64,000 nt of DNA from an uncultured Methanosarcinales archaeon (GTDB lineage Archaea > Nanobdellota > Nanobdellia > Woesearchaeales > GW2011-AR9): assembly GCA_964604645.1 (NCBI GenBank), contig CAZRZP010000002.1, forward strand, positions 13,739 through 77,738. The letters are read 5' to 3'. Below the pieces are notes generated by a model, which saw only the letters and a list, made by a program, of their open reading frames with translations, did not search any database and was not told where the DNA came from. This document shows, one piece after another, positions 48,463-57,962 of the stretch; within the stretch, counting starts at the first letter, position 1; every line of letters begins with the position of its first letter. Position numbers and translations under genes: made by a program.

Positions 48463-48954
48463 TCACTTCTTCCAAAAATGTCTTACACTAGGCAGAAAGA
48501 AAGCTACTGCGAAAATGATTGCTACAATAAATGGACTTTGTGGTGAATTCTTAATAACCGTCCCTGCAAGTAAATAGTTGCTGGCAAGTACTACTCCTAT
48601 CATGTTTGCTAAAGCTATTATTGGAATAATAATACTTGCAATGTGGTGATGTTTCTTATTTAGATGTCCTATGTCTTTTATTAAGAAGCTATATAGGAAT
48701 CCAACCATCCCTCCAAGAAGGATTACGATCAAATATAGCAGCCAAGGTTGTAAGACAAGGATGAATGGGATTAATACTAAAGAAATAACGATGTTTGCAA
48801 ATACAATCACTACCAAGGCGCTCCAGAAAACTATCTTAGAGAAAAAAACGTCGTGATGCTTTGCAACATCCAATATTTTTTTAGCATCTTTCAGATTTAG
48901 TTCTAACTGCCCACTTTCTTTGACTTTTTCCTTATGTTCTTTTTTTGTTGTCAT
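48463..48954 (-). CDS. Polytopic membrane protein (hypothetical), downstream of MinD-like ATPase
   Basis: Charged N-terminus then 4 TM helices; 3-nt gap to the upstream gene. Confidence 0.45.
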   Translation of the reverse strand: MTTKKEHKEKVKESGQLELNLKDAKKILDVAKHHDVFFSKIVFWSALVVIVFANIVISLVLIPFILVLQPWLLYLIVILLGGMVGFLYSFLIKDIGHLNKKHHHIASIIIPIIALANMIGVVLASNYLLAGTVIKNSPQSPFIVAIIFAVAFFLPSVRHFWKK

Positions 48955-48957
48955 TCA

Positions 48958-49659
48958 CTATTCTAAACTAAGATGTTTAGCTATGTCATCAAATCTTTGT
49001 GTTGAGTTTGCGCGTCGATAAAGATGTCCTAATGGAACAGCTTGATGTTGAGATTTTCTAATTTTCCGGTCTTTTCTAATATTAGCTAGGAGGGGGAAAC
49101 CAAGAATTTCTTCAACTTCTGCTGATTTGAGTTCATGCCATCCACGATGGGTTTTATTTAGAATTATTCCAGCAACTGGGCTGTCAAGTTCGCCAGCTAA
49201 CTGAATGCTTTTTAATCCTTCCATTACTGAACTTAAAGTTGGGTTTACCACTACCAAAACTTCATCTGCATGTTCAATTATTTGTCGCTTATTTTTACCC
49301 ATACCTGCGGGGCAATCTATCAAAATAATGTCAGCCATGCCTTCTGAATGTTCAAAAAATTCAATCACATTAAATTTAGTTTTAATTTCGCTATATAACG
49401 GAGAAGCAGGAATTATTTTTAATCCACTTTCATGATTATGGATTGTATCTCGCAAATCTGCTTTATTTTGTAAAAAATGATTCAAAGTTTTATCAGGTTG
49501 CATTAAACCTAAATGTAATCCTAAATGAGGTGTTTCTAGGTTTCCATCAACTAAAAGAACTCTTTTTCCTCTTTGTTGTAAAGCATAGCCAACATTAATA
49601 GTGCAAGTTGTTTTACCAACTCCCCCTTTACCAGAAACTACTGCAATATATTTAGTCAT
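48958..49659 (-). CDS. minD: MinD/ParA-family P-loop ATPase
   Basis: Deviant Walker A SGKGGVGKTT; 233 aa. Confidence 0.8.
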   Translation of the reverse strand: MTKYIAVVSGKGGVGKTTCTINVGYALQQRGKRVLLVDGNLETPHLGLHLGLMQPDKTLNHFLQNKADLRDTIHNHESGLKIIPASPLYSEIKTKFNVIEFFEHSEGMADIILIDCPAGMGKNKRQIIEHADEVLVVVNPTLSSVMEGLKSIQLAGELDSPVAGIILNKTHRGWHELKSAEVEEILGFPLLANIRKDRKIRKSQHQAVPLGHLYRRANSTQRFDDIAKHLSLE

Positions 49660-49749
49660 ACTTCACCTCTTTCCGATAGAAGAGAAGAAAGTTTTTAATT
49701 GTTTTGATTTTGTTAAGTAAAGTTGTAATGTTAAATAGAAAAAACCAGA

Positions 49750-50226
49750 TTATGCAAAATCATCTTCTTCTGGCTTACCAATTAAAGTGTGCCAGGTATG
49801 TGTGAAGAAGCTATGCATGAACCTTTCACAATTTACAAGGTTGTCAATATTTATTTCAATTGTGGAATTAGCTTGAGGAGCAACTAAAGTTACATGCCTA
49901 CGATACTCCCTGCGTTTAGTGTATTGTTGTTTTAAAACGTGTTTTAAGAATCGGTAAAATTTAAGGTATATTAAAAGTTCCTTATCATCAGAATAAATCT
50001 CTTCAACATGTTTTGCTCTTAATGCAGGACTTTTAGGGACAGAATCTATCTTTTTATCCATTATTACTTTTTCAAGATATGCTTCAATCATGAAGTCGCA
50101 AGTAGCAACCATCCTACGTAAAGCACCCAGAATAACATCTACTGTTCTGGTGTATTTTAGCGAAACGTAAATTATGTGTTCTAGCCTCTTTAGTTCTTCT
50201 CTTGCTTCAAGTAATGTGTCTTCCAT
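49750..50226 (-). CDS. Hypothetical protein
   Basis: ORF only. Confidence 0.35.
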   Translation of the reverse strand: MEDTLLEAREELKRLEHIIYVSLKYTRTVDVILGALRRMVATCDFMIEAYLEKVIMDKKIDSVPKSPALRAKHVEEIYSDDKELLIYLKFYRFLKHVLKQQYTKRREYRRHVTLVAPQANSTIEINIDNLVNCERFMHSFFTHTWHTLIGKPEEDDFA

Positions 50227-50304
50227 TAGTATCTTCAGATAATACCCCCGAGGAGTAGGGAATGAAATCTTCTTGTCTTTTTATGCTTTTCTATTTAAAC
50301 GCAC

Positions 50305-50664
50305 TTAAATGTGCTTTTTTAACATATTTTCTTGAATTAATAAATATTCTCGAATGTCTTGTCTTGTAATCTTTGTTAGCTCATAATTGTTCTTACAAAT
50401 AATCATGTGCTGTCCACGTGGAAATTCAATTGGAGATTTTTCATGTAAATTAAGTATATCTTGAATTTGATTTTTAACTATTGTCCATCCTTCAGGTCTT
50501 TCATCATTATTTTTTTGAAGAAGATGATTATGTAGATAATTCATTGATTTTAGAAGATTGGATACTACTACTAAAAATATTTTAGGATCTTGCATTAAAG
50601 GATAAGTTATTGTGAATAAGTGATATGCATTTTGCTGATGTTCTTGAGCTTTCTTCAGTGTCAC
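50305..50664 (-). CDS. Hypothetical protein
   Basis: ORF; ATGA overlap with the upstream NAC gene. Confidence 0.4.
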   Translation of the reverse strand: MTLKKAQEHQQNAYHLFTITYPLMQDPKIFLVVVSNLLKSMNYLHNHLLQKNNDERPEGWTIVKNQIQDILNLHEKSPIEFPRGQHMIICKNNYELTKITRQDIREYLLIQENMLKKHI

Positions 50665-50996
50665 TGTAGTGATAGGATAGCTTCTGCTAAATCTCCTTTA
50701 TGTTCTTCAATTGCTGCCAATGCTTTCTCTTTGTCAACATTTGCCTGTGCCATAACTGTTTGCACGTCTTCTTGAGATATGTCGGGAGTACTATCGTGTT
50801 CTCGTTCAGAAAAAGTTCCAGAAATTTGTAAAGTTTCTTGGCCCATCATGTTAACTTTTTGAACACTGGGATTAGATACTATGATGTCTTTTCCCTCAGA
50901 TTTAATGATGACTTCAGTTGCAGGAATCTCAACTTGTTTTATGCCCATTTGCCGCATCATCTGCTGCATTTTACGGGGATTCATTCCTGGAATCAT
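50661..50996 (-). CDS. nac: Nascent polypeptide-associated complex protein (NAC alpha)
   Basis: MNPRKMQQMMRQMGI N-terminus, NAC beta domain, C-terminal UBA-like EDVQTVMAQANVDKEKALAAIEEHKGDLAEAILSL. Confidence 0.75.
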   Translation of the reverse strand: MIPGMNPRKMQQMMRQMGIKQVEIPATEVIIKSEGKDIIVSNPSVQKVNMMGQETLQISGTFSEREHDSTPDISQEDVQTVMAQANVDKEKALAAIEEHKGDLAEAILSLQ

Positions 50997-51166
50997 TTAA
51001 AGAAAGCCCCACCAAATTGATGAAGAAGAATGATTATTATCATTATGAAGATGGAAAGGACTATTACTCCGCCTGGAGAGAATTCTATCTTGGACTTGTA
51101 TTCATCAAAATACCTTGTTAACCCTCCTTGACCTGAAGGAAGTCTAACCTTGTCATCTCTTGCCAT
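50993..51166 (-). CDS. secG: Preprotein translocase subunit Sec61beta (SecG)
   Basis: MARDDKVRLPSGQGGLTRYFDE + single C-terminal TM; the longer ORF start was rejected. Confidence 0.65.
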   Translation of the reverse strand: MARDDKVRLPSGQGGLTRYFDEYKSKIEFSPGGVIVLSIFIMIIIILLHQFGGAFFK

Positions 51167-51269
51167 AACAAAGCTAAGAAACGGCTTACTTTTATATTTT
51201 CCGCTTTTTTTAGTCAATAATGCTTTCCAGATGAAAACATTTTTAAATACCCTCCAGTCTAGCTCTAAA

Positions 51270-51944
51270 ATGGCGAAAGTTATGAAGAAAAAAGTAAGTA
51301 GAATCAGGACAAAGAAGAAAACTTGGTTTAAAATTTTAGCTCCAAAAATATTTGGTTCTAAAGAAGTTGGACAGACTTATAGGTCTTCATCTGAAAGTGC
51401 AATCGGTAGAGTTATGCTTGTTAATCTCCGAGAGCTTACTGGTAATATGAAAGATCAAAATGTTCATATTAGATTAAAGATGAATAAAGTAGAAAATTCA
51501 ATGATTCATACTGAAGTAATTGGTTATAATTTGGCTGCTGCTCATGTTAAACGTGCTGTTCGTAAGAACACAGCCAGATTAGATGATTTTATGGTTTTTT
51601 ATACTAAAGATAAAAAAGCAGTTGAAATTAAGACAATGTTAATAACTCGAAAGAGGGTTCAACGTTCTGTTGGTAGTGAGTTAAGGAAGCAATTAAAAAA
51701 TTATATTCATGAACAGCTAGAAAAAAGTGATTTTCCAACTTTTCTTAATGGATTGTTGCGCTATAGATTACAGCTTTCAGCAAAGAAGCAGTTAGCTAAG
51801 GTATACCCACTAAAAGAAGTGGCAATTAGGTCAGTTAAATTATTGACTAAAGAGCCTAAAAGTGGAGTAGAAGTTAGAGAAAAAAAAGAGAAAGTACCAG
51901 AAACTCCGTTGGCTGAAGAGCCGGCAGCTACAGCTGAAGCATGA
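51270..51944 (+). CDS. rps3ae: 30S ribosomal protein S3Ae (S1e)
   Basis: MAKVMKKKVSRIRTKKKTWFKILAP N-terminus typical of S3Ae; start at the internal ATG 51270. Confidence 0.85.
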   Translation: MAKVMKKKVSRIRTKKKTWFKILAPKIFGSKEVGQTYRSSSESAIGRVMLVNLRELTGNMKDQNVHIRLKMNKVENSMIHTEVIGYNLAAAHVKRAVRKNTARLDDFMVFYTKDKKAVEIKTMLITRKRVQRSVGSELRKQLKNYIHEQLEKSDFPTFLNGLLRYRLQLSAKKQLAKVYPLKEVAIRSVKLLTKEPKSGVEVREKKEKVPETPLAEEPAATAEA

Positions 51945-52540
51945 AGTTTCTAACGTTTACTGATCTGCATGAAGATAAAGAATTTCTAAAACTCCTAGTT
52001 AATAGAGCTAAAGAAGATGACATAGATTTTGTGGTATGTTGTGGAGACATTTCTACTTTTGGTAGGGGGTTACTAAAAACATTAGAGACGTTTAACAAAA
52101 TAGGTAAAAAGTTCTATTGTATTCCTGGTAACCATGAGGAACATGGGGCTATTTTTAACGAAGCTGTCAAGCAGTTTGATTTCTGTGTTTCATTACATGA
52201 GAAATCAATTAAAATTAAAAATTATGTTTTTCTCGGACATGGTGGTGGTGGTTTTTCTTTGGAAGATGCAGATTTTCGAAAATTGGCGAGGGATTGGTAT
52301 GGTAAATTTAATGGTGAAAAAATTGTTTTAGTGACTCATCAGCCACCTTATGGGACTAAATTAGATTTATTAGGTGAGAGGCACGTAGGTAATAAAGACT
52401 ATACTAAATTCATTAACCGTGTGAATCCTAAATTATCTATATCTGGACATTTACACGAAACTGCTGGTCAGGAAGATAAAATTAAATCAACAAAGTTAGC
52501 TAACCCTGGGTGGGAAGGCATGGTTGTTGAGTTAATCTAA
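51941..52540 (+). CDS. Calcineurin-like metallophosphoesterase
   Basis: VVCCGDISTFG, GNHEEHG, GHGGGG, THQPP motifs. Confidence 0.75.
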   Translation: MKFLTFTDLHEDKEFLKLLVNRAKEDDIDFVVCCGDISTFGRGLLKTLETFNKIGKKFYCIPGNHEEHGAIFNEAVKQFDFCVSLHEKSIKIKNYVFLGHGGGGFSLEDADFRKLARDWYGKFNGEKIVLVTHQPPYGTKLDLLGERHVGNKDYTKFINRVNPKLSISGHLHETAGQEDKIKSTKLANPGWEGMVVELI

Positions 52541-52598
52541 TTATTCTAATATTTCTACATCCGAAATAGTTATATAGTTTAATTGTTTTTTTAGTTGA

Positions 52599-52922
52599 AT
52601 GGGATGGTTTGATGGATTTAAAGAGAGTTGGTCTAAGTGGCGAGAGAAAAGAAGGAAGAAGAAGGAATTAGTTGCATTAGATCATTTGAGAAGAATTCTT
52701 GAAAAGGAAAGAAAAAGAATTCAACCAATTGAAGGAATCGTCGCTGATATTGAAGTTAAAATAAATTCAGGTAATTTTGAAGATGCAGAAAAACAAGTTC
52801 CTGAGTTAATTCATTTAATGAAAGAGAAAAAAATTCTGGATAACGCCGAAATGATTGAATTGAAAAAATTTAAGAGAACAATGTTCAAAGAATTAAGGTC
52901 AGAAATGAAAGAAATGCGTTAA
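52599..52922 (+). CDS. Hypothetical charged coiled protein
   Basis: ORF only; K/E/R-rich. Confidence 0.3.
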   Translation: MGWFDGFKESWSKWREKRRKKKELVALDHLRRILEKERKRIQPIEGIVADIEVKINSGNFEDAEKQVPELIHLMKEKKILDNAEMIELKKFKRTMFKELRSEMKEMR

Positions 52923-53851
52923 ATCGCTTCTATAAACACTTTTTCTGTTTCTAAAGCCCAACCTTTTTCTGAGGTGTTAATTTCAACAGCAGAAAGAAGT
53001 GATCTACCTATCGAGACCAATTCTCCTTTCAATGTTAATACTGCTACTAATTCTCCTTTTTTGAAATTCTCTAGTTTGCTAATACCTGGGATGGCAACAT
53101 CTCTACCGTTAGAAACGCTGTTAATAGTTGTATCTAAAATCCAACATTTTGGTAATGCTTTAATACCATTTTCCATCGGTTGAATGCAATGGCGTATGAA
53201 TTTTTCATTTCCTTCTTCTTTGTAAAAATGATATGCATCCCGCAATTCGTTTAGTGTAACTAAATTATCTTGTTCTGTAAATGGACCTGCTTGAGTTCTT
53301 CTCAATTCAGCCATATGTGCCCCTACTTTCAATTCTTGACCAATGTCGTGGCACAATTTTCTGATATATGTTCCAGCTTGGCATAAAACTCTGAATAGTA
53401 TATCTTTATCTCTAATTTCAATTATTTCAAATTCATAAATTTCTCTTTCTCTTAATTGTCTTTTAATTGCACTTTTTATTGGAGGTAATTGTTTTATTTT
53501 CCCAATGAACTTTTTTACTGTTTCTTGTAATGTGGTTTCTTCAACTTCTTTATGCAAATGCATCACGCAAACATATTCTTTTGGAGCAGTTTGTAAGAAT
53601 TGAGTTATTTTAGTCGCTCTCCCTAAAGCTACTGGCTGAACTCCTGTAACTGCAGGATCCAAAGTTCCAGAATGTCCAGCTTTCTTAATGTTAAGAATTT
53701 TTTTTACGTAATCGGAAGTTTGATGGGAACTAGGTCCTTTGAGTTTGTCAATGTTTACAATGCCATATTTGAAGAGTTCTTCAACTGTACGATTCTCTGG
53801 TTGATTTCCAAATTCTCCAGTTGCTTTATGCTTGATGAAAACTTGTTTCAT
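52919..53851 (-). CDS. cbf5: H/ACA RNP pseudouridine synthase Cbf5 (TruB family with PUA domain)
   Basis: GHSGTLDP catalytic motif; C-terminal PUA-like region. Confidence 0.85.
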   Translation of the reverse strand: MKQVFIKHKATGEFGNQPENRTVEELFKYGIVNIDKLKGPSSHQTSDYVKKILNIKKAGHSGTLDPAVTGVQPVALGRATKITQFLQTAPKEYVCVMHLHKEVEETTLQETVKKFIGKIKQLPPIKSAIKRQLREREIYEFEIIEIRDKDILFRVLCQAGTYIRKLCHDIGQELKVGAHMAELRRTQAGPFTEQDNLVTLNELRDAYHFYKEEGNEKFIRHCIQPMENGIKALPKCWILDTTINSVSNGRDVAIPGISKLENFKKGELVAVLTLKGELVSIGRSLLSAVEINTSEKGWALETEKVFIEAI

Positions 53852-53903
53852 TGGTTTTCATAATCAACTTCTTTTAAAAATTTAAGCGTTAGAATTAATG
53901 TAT

Positions 53904-54458
53904 TTATTTTTCTTTTGCTATCTCTTCAGCAACTTCTTCGACATCTTCCTTAACTTCTTCAGATATTTTTTCAGCTGCCTCTTCTTTTTCTTCTTTGGTT
54001 TTTGTTTCAGGTGAAGTTGGAATGTCGTCTTTCACTTCTTCCTTTACTTCTTCTGCAATTTCATCTGCTATTTTTTCTTTTTTATTAGTCTCTTCTTTTT
54101 TCTCATTTTTTCCGTCATTGTCTACTTTCTTAACTTCTTCTTTCTTGTCTGTTGCTTGCTTTTCTTCCTTTTTTCCTTTCTTATCCAAGCCAAAAAGTTG
54201 TGCTTTAACGACTCCTTCTCCGTCTTTAGAAACATTAACTTTAACATGATGTGGTGGGTTTTTCATACCATGGTTCCACATGGCTTCGTTTAATTCTGGA
54301 GCTAACTTGATATCTTCAGATTTCATATGACGTTGTAAGAATTCTCTCAATGCTTTAACTGCTTTTTTGGTTCTCCTCCATCTAGGAACTTTTTGATATT
54401 CCTTACGTAATGGAACAGTGTATACGCGTTCAATATTCTTACTTTCTTTCTTTGCCAT
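53904..54458 (-). CDS. rpl31e: 50S ribosomal protein L31e with K/E-rich C-terminal extension
   Basis: ERVYTVPLRKEYQKVPRWRRTKKAVKALREF...PPHHVKVNV collinear with L31e. Confidence 0.8.
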   Translation of the reverse strand: MAKKESKNIERVYTVPLRKEYQKVPRWRRTKKAVKALREFLQRHMKSEDIKLAPELNEAMWNHGMKNPPHHVKVNVSKDGEGVVKAQLFGLDKKGKKEEKQATDKKEEVKKVDNDGKNEKKEETNKKEKIADEIAEEVKEEVKDDIPTSPETKTKEEKEEAAEKISEEVKEDVEEVAEEIAKEK

Positions 54459-54462
54459 ATTT

Positions 54463-54636
54463 CTAAGCTTTAGTATTGCCTCTTCTCCAAGAACGCTTTA
54501 CAAATGTATGTCTGGAAGGATGAACTTTCCTACCTTTTCCATAAATCTTAAACACGGTCCAGAATGGGGCCCATTTAGTATGAGAATTAAGTTTGATTAA
54601 CCTTTTCTTTTTACTTGGATGTTTATGTCTTGCCAT
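54463..54636 (-). CDS. rpl39e: 50S ribosomal protein L39e
   Basis: MARHKHPSKKKRL...PSRHTFVKRSWRR matches L39e; internal start used. Confidence 0.8.
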   Translation of the reverse strand: MARHKHPSKKKRLIKLNSHTKWAPFWTVFKIYGKGRKVHPSRHTFVKRSWRRGNTKA

Positions 54637-54637
54637 C

Positions 54638-55078
54638 TTACTCCTCTTTTGATTTCTTTGCCATCTGAACAGCAATTTTGTCTAGAAATGAAGTTCCTTT
54701 TGGGCTAAGAACTCTGCCTTTATGGACTCCTTTAACATCTTGTTTAACAAGTTCTGATTTTTCTAATTGCTGTAGAATTTTTCTGATAATGGAACCTGAA
54801 GCTCTACGAAATCTTTCAGGTTTGTGGCCCCTGTCTTGTTTACTACCGTATTTAGTACGTAATTTTGAAGTTCCAACTGGGCCTAATCTCGCAATGCTTC
54901 TTAAAATTGCTGCCGATCTAAAGAACCACCAGTCTGGATTATCTGGGATACGTTCTTTACCGCTACTGGTTTTGACTAATTGAGCCCATTCTGGAGGTTG
55001 AACCAGCTTTTGCTTCTTCAACTCAGATGCAGCCTGATTGATTAATCCATTTGGGTCAACTCGTAAAATATGTGTCAT
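54638..55078 (-). CDS. rps19e: 30S ribosomal protein S19e
   Basis: DWWFFRSAAILR ... GPVGTSKLRTKYG ... IIRKILQQLE collinear with S19e. Confidence 0.85.
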   Translation of the reverse strand: MTHILRVDPNGLINQAASELKKQKLVQPPEWAQLVKTSSGKERIPDNPDWWFFRSAAILRSIARLGPVGTSKLRTKYGSKQDRGHKPERFRRASGSIIRKILQQLEKSELVKQDVKGVHKGRVLSPKGTSFLDKIAVQMAKKSKEE

Positions 55079-55232
55079 GTCTCTTTCCTCTATGGTTTCT
55101 TTATAAAGTTTTCTTCTGTTAGGGAGATTGTTTAGTTGTTTTATTACTCTGATTAGTAAAAACTAGTAAATACTGATTGTTGCCCTGCAGAAAGTTTTAT
55201 AAACGAAAGATTCTTTCTTACCTCCAAACGAG

Positions 55233-56669
55233 GTGTATGAATTGCGTAAAAGACTATTACAGATACTATCAATTGTTCTTTTAGTAGTTCTATTTTCTAG
55301 TTTTGTTCTTGCTGAAGCAAAACCAATTACAGAAGTTGTTAAGACTGCTTTTACTGATTTGTTTAATTTAGCTTCATTGAGTGATGCTGGTTCTGGTGAA
55401 AACAGAATGGTAGGTTTTATTAGAATTGCTATTGGTATTCTGATATTTACTATTTGTATGATTGGGTTAAGATTCATTTCTGATCATGTGCCTAAAAACA
55501 TGGCGATTGCAATCGCTATAGTAATATCAATTATTTCATCTGTATTCATTCCAGGTTCTGTTTTATCTGCAATTGCGGCTGGTTATGCTGTGTTCTTTTC
55601 GTTCATCATATATGGTTCTATGCTCTTTCCGCCAGCGTATTTCTTGTTTGCTTATCCTACAAGTAACAGGGCAATTGCTGGATTAAAATTAGGTATATTG
55701 GCGTTAGTTAGCTGGTTAATTGCTTTAGTTAATGATGCTGCAGTTGGTTTAACTGGTGCTTCTCAAACGGGCGCATTTCCGAATATGGGTGAGTTTGGTC
55801 AATGGGTAGAACAATTGAGCAGTTATGCTTATGTGATTATTTTAGGTTTAGCTGTTTACTTAATTTATCAATTAATTAAAGGTGGAGATGATACTCCAGC
55901 TAGTGCTTGGGGTGCTGGAGCTGCTGGAGCAGGTAGAAGAGCTTGGCGTGCTGTAAGTCCACATCTTAAAGGAACTAGAGCTAATTCAAGACGTGCAAGA
56001 AGAAGTTTAGTTAATCAGTTTGTAACAGAAAGAGATGAATTTAATCGAATTGAAGATTTGAGAGATAGGGTTGGAAGATTGGAAGCCGAGAGAACTACAT
56101 TAATAGGTTTACCTGCAGATGCTCGGAATACGAGGTCTCAATTTAGAAGATTTCAAAATAATGTTGATGAGGCGGCTAATGAATGTGTTCGAATAATTAG
56201 AAGATTCAGAAGCGTTAACAAGAATACTTTCAGACATCAGAGAGAAATTAACCGCCTAATTAGGGAAGCTCGGACAAGCCGAGAAAGTCTGCTTGGCTCA
56301 ACTCGTGGTCCGGCAAGTACGTCTGTTCTTACAAGGTTAAGAACTAATGAGAACCAAATTTTATCTCAACATAGAAATACTTTACAGAGAGCTAGAAGGC
56401 TTTTGAGAGAGCTGCAAGCGATTCAAAGAAATGCAAGATCTGCTGCGAATCAATTAAGAAGATCTGGAGTTCCAAGTTCTCCCTCCTCTGGAAGAGCTCC
56501 AACCTCAGGTAGAAGACCGCTTTCACCCCTTGCAGGAGCTCAAGCAGTTTTGAGAAGAGTTTCTTTTACAAATGCTCGGACTTTAGTTAATCAAATGTTT
56601 GATATACAAGGTGATCGTGGAGTTATGCAATTAATCCAGGGGATCATGACGGATTTAGATAGAGTATAG
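55233..56669 (+). CDS. Polytopic membrane protein with long Arg-rich coiled cytoplasmic tail (hypothetical)
   Basis: Signal/TM plus ~7 TM helices, then a 230-aa tail with >20% Arg; no known motifs. Confidence 0.5.
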   Translation: MYELRKRLLQILSIVLLVVLFSSFVLAEAKPITEVVKTAFTDLFNLASLSDAGSGENRMVGFIRIAIGILIFTICMIGLRFISDHVPKNMAIAIAIVISIISSVFIPGSVLSAIAAGYAVFFSFIIYGSMLFPPAYFLFAYPTSNRAIAGLKLGILALVSWLIALVNDAAVGLTGASQTGAFPNMGEFGQWVEQLSSYAYVIILGLAVYLIYQLIKGGDDTPASAWGAGAAGAGRRAWRAVSPHLKGTRANSRRARRSLVNQFVTERDEFNRIEDLRDRVGRLEAERTTLIGLPADARNTRSQFRRFQNNVDEAANECVRIIRRFRSVNKNTFRHQREINRLIREARTSRESLLGSTRGPASTSVLTRLRTNENQILSQHRNTLQRARRLLRELQAIQRNARSAANQLRRSGVPSSPSSGRAPTSGRRPLSPLAGAQAVLRRVSFTNARTLVNQMFDIQGDRGVMQLIQGIMTDLDRV

Positions 56670-56706
56670 GAAAAACCTTATAAACTTCTTTTTTCTTCTT
56701 AGTTAA

Positions 56707-57243
56707 ATGAAAAAGAGCTTGGTGTTGTTTGTAGTTTTGTTATCTTTGGTAATGCCTGTTGCGACTGCTGATGTTGGAGAGACTGTTGGTAATATCTGGG
56801 AGAAAGTTCTTTCTGTTGCAGGGTTAGAATTTCTGGATTTAAATTCTGATAATGCTTTAATTTCGTTTGCAAGAATATTAATTTGGTTTTTTATCTTTAC
56901 TGTCTTTTTTGCGGTAATAATTGGAATGGGGAGTGGAGATGATGCAACGGCTCCGATGCGATTCTTTACTCGCGGACAAGCAGGAGTAGTTGCAGCGATT
57001 GTAGCAACTATTGCTTCTATTTTCCTTCCTGCAAATATACTTGCTGCTACTGGAGCTGGTTGGGCTACAATTATCGCTTTATTGTTAATAGGTGGACCAG
57101 TTGTTGGCCTAGCTGCTTTATTATGGCAGATTCCTTGGGAAGGAGAAGAGACAAGGGGAACGGTTGCACTTAAATTGGTTCTTTGCTTTTTGTTATTGTG
57201 GCTTTTAGCTGCAATGAAAGTTCATGTGGGGAATGTGTTATAA
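56707..57243 (+). CDS. Membrane protein, N-terminal domain paralogous to the 55233 gene
   Basis: Signal peptide + similar TM arrangement (SDAGSGENRMVGFIRIAIGILIF vs NSDNALISFARILIWFFIF). Confidence 0.45.
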   Translation: MKKSLVLFVVLLSLVMPVATADVGETVGNIWEKVLSVAGLEFLDLNSDNALISFARILIWFFIFTVFFAVIIGMGSGDDATAPMRFFTRGQAGVVAAIVATIASIFLPANILAATGAGWATIIALLLIGGPVVGLAALLWQIPWEGEETRGTVALKLVLCFLLLWLLAAMKVHVGNVL

Positions 57244-57929
57244 TGCCAATTACAGATATTGTGGGAACTACGGTTGTTGAATTCATTGATTATTCTACTG
57301 TTGTTGTAGCAATCATGATCTTATGGTATATTGGGAAATTCTTTATGGTTGGTAGGGAAGAAGAAGCAGATCCAGAAAAGTGGGCGAGAGGTGCTAAAGA
57401 AAAGCGTGCTAGTGTAAAAGCTGCGGTAGATAAACATAAAGAAAAATTGGATATATCTGCTGCTAGCAAAAAGAGAAAGAGACTGTTGGGAGCTGCTCTT
57501 GGGTCTTTACATCGTGCTGTTGATAAAGCGCATAACTTTAAAGATGATGCTCTTAAAAGGAAAGAAGTGGATCAAGTCAGAGATGCTAAAAGCAGAGCAA
57601 GAGAAATTAGAAAATATTTGATGCTGGCTAGGAATGTTTTACATCGAGCACATAGGAGTGCTGGTGGGGATAGAGAATATACCAGAAAATTATATGATTC
57701 AATGGCGGCAATTATTCAACACTTTGATGCGGATGTAAAAAACGGGATTCCTTCTGATGAGATTGAGGATGCTTTATGGAATTCTAAAAAAAGAACTGTT
57801 TTTAAATCAATAGATGATATGATGGGTTACTGTTGGCAAATGTATGATGCAATTGAAAAATATATAGAAACTGCTGAAAAGAAGGATGTTGAGATTTCAA
57901 CTTCAACTAGAGTTCCTGTATCTTCGTGA
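57243..57929 (+). CDS. Single-TM protein with basic coiled-coil cytoplasmic domain (hypothetical)
   Basis: ATG at 57243 overlaps the upstream stop; TM VVVAIMILWYIGKFFMV; K/R-rich helices. Confidence 0.45.
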   Translation: MPITDIVGTTVVEFIDYSTVVVAIMILWYIGKFFMVGREEEADPEKWARGAKEKRASVKAAVDKHKEKLDISAASKKRKRLLGAALGSLHRAVDKAHNFKDDALKRKEVDQVRDAKSRAREIRKYLMLARNVLHRAHRSAGGDREYTRKLYDSMAAIIQHFDADVKNGIPSDEIEDALWNSKKRTVFKSIDDMMGYCWQMYDAIEKYIETAEKKDVEISTSTRVPVSS

Positions 57930-57962
57930 TTTTTTTAGAATTAATTTATGTGGATGATTATT

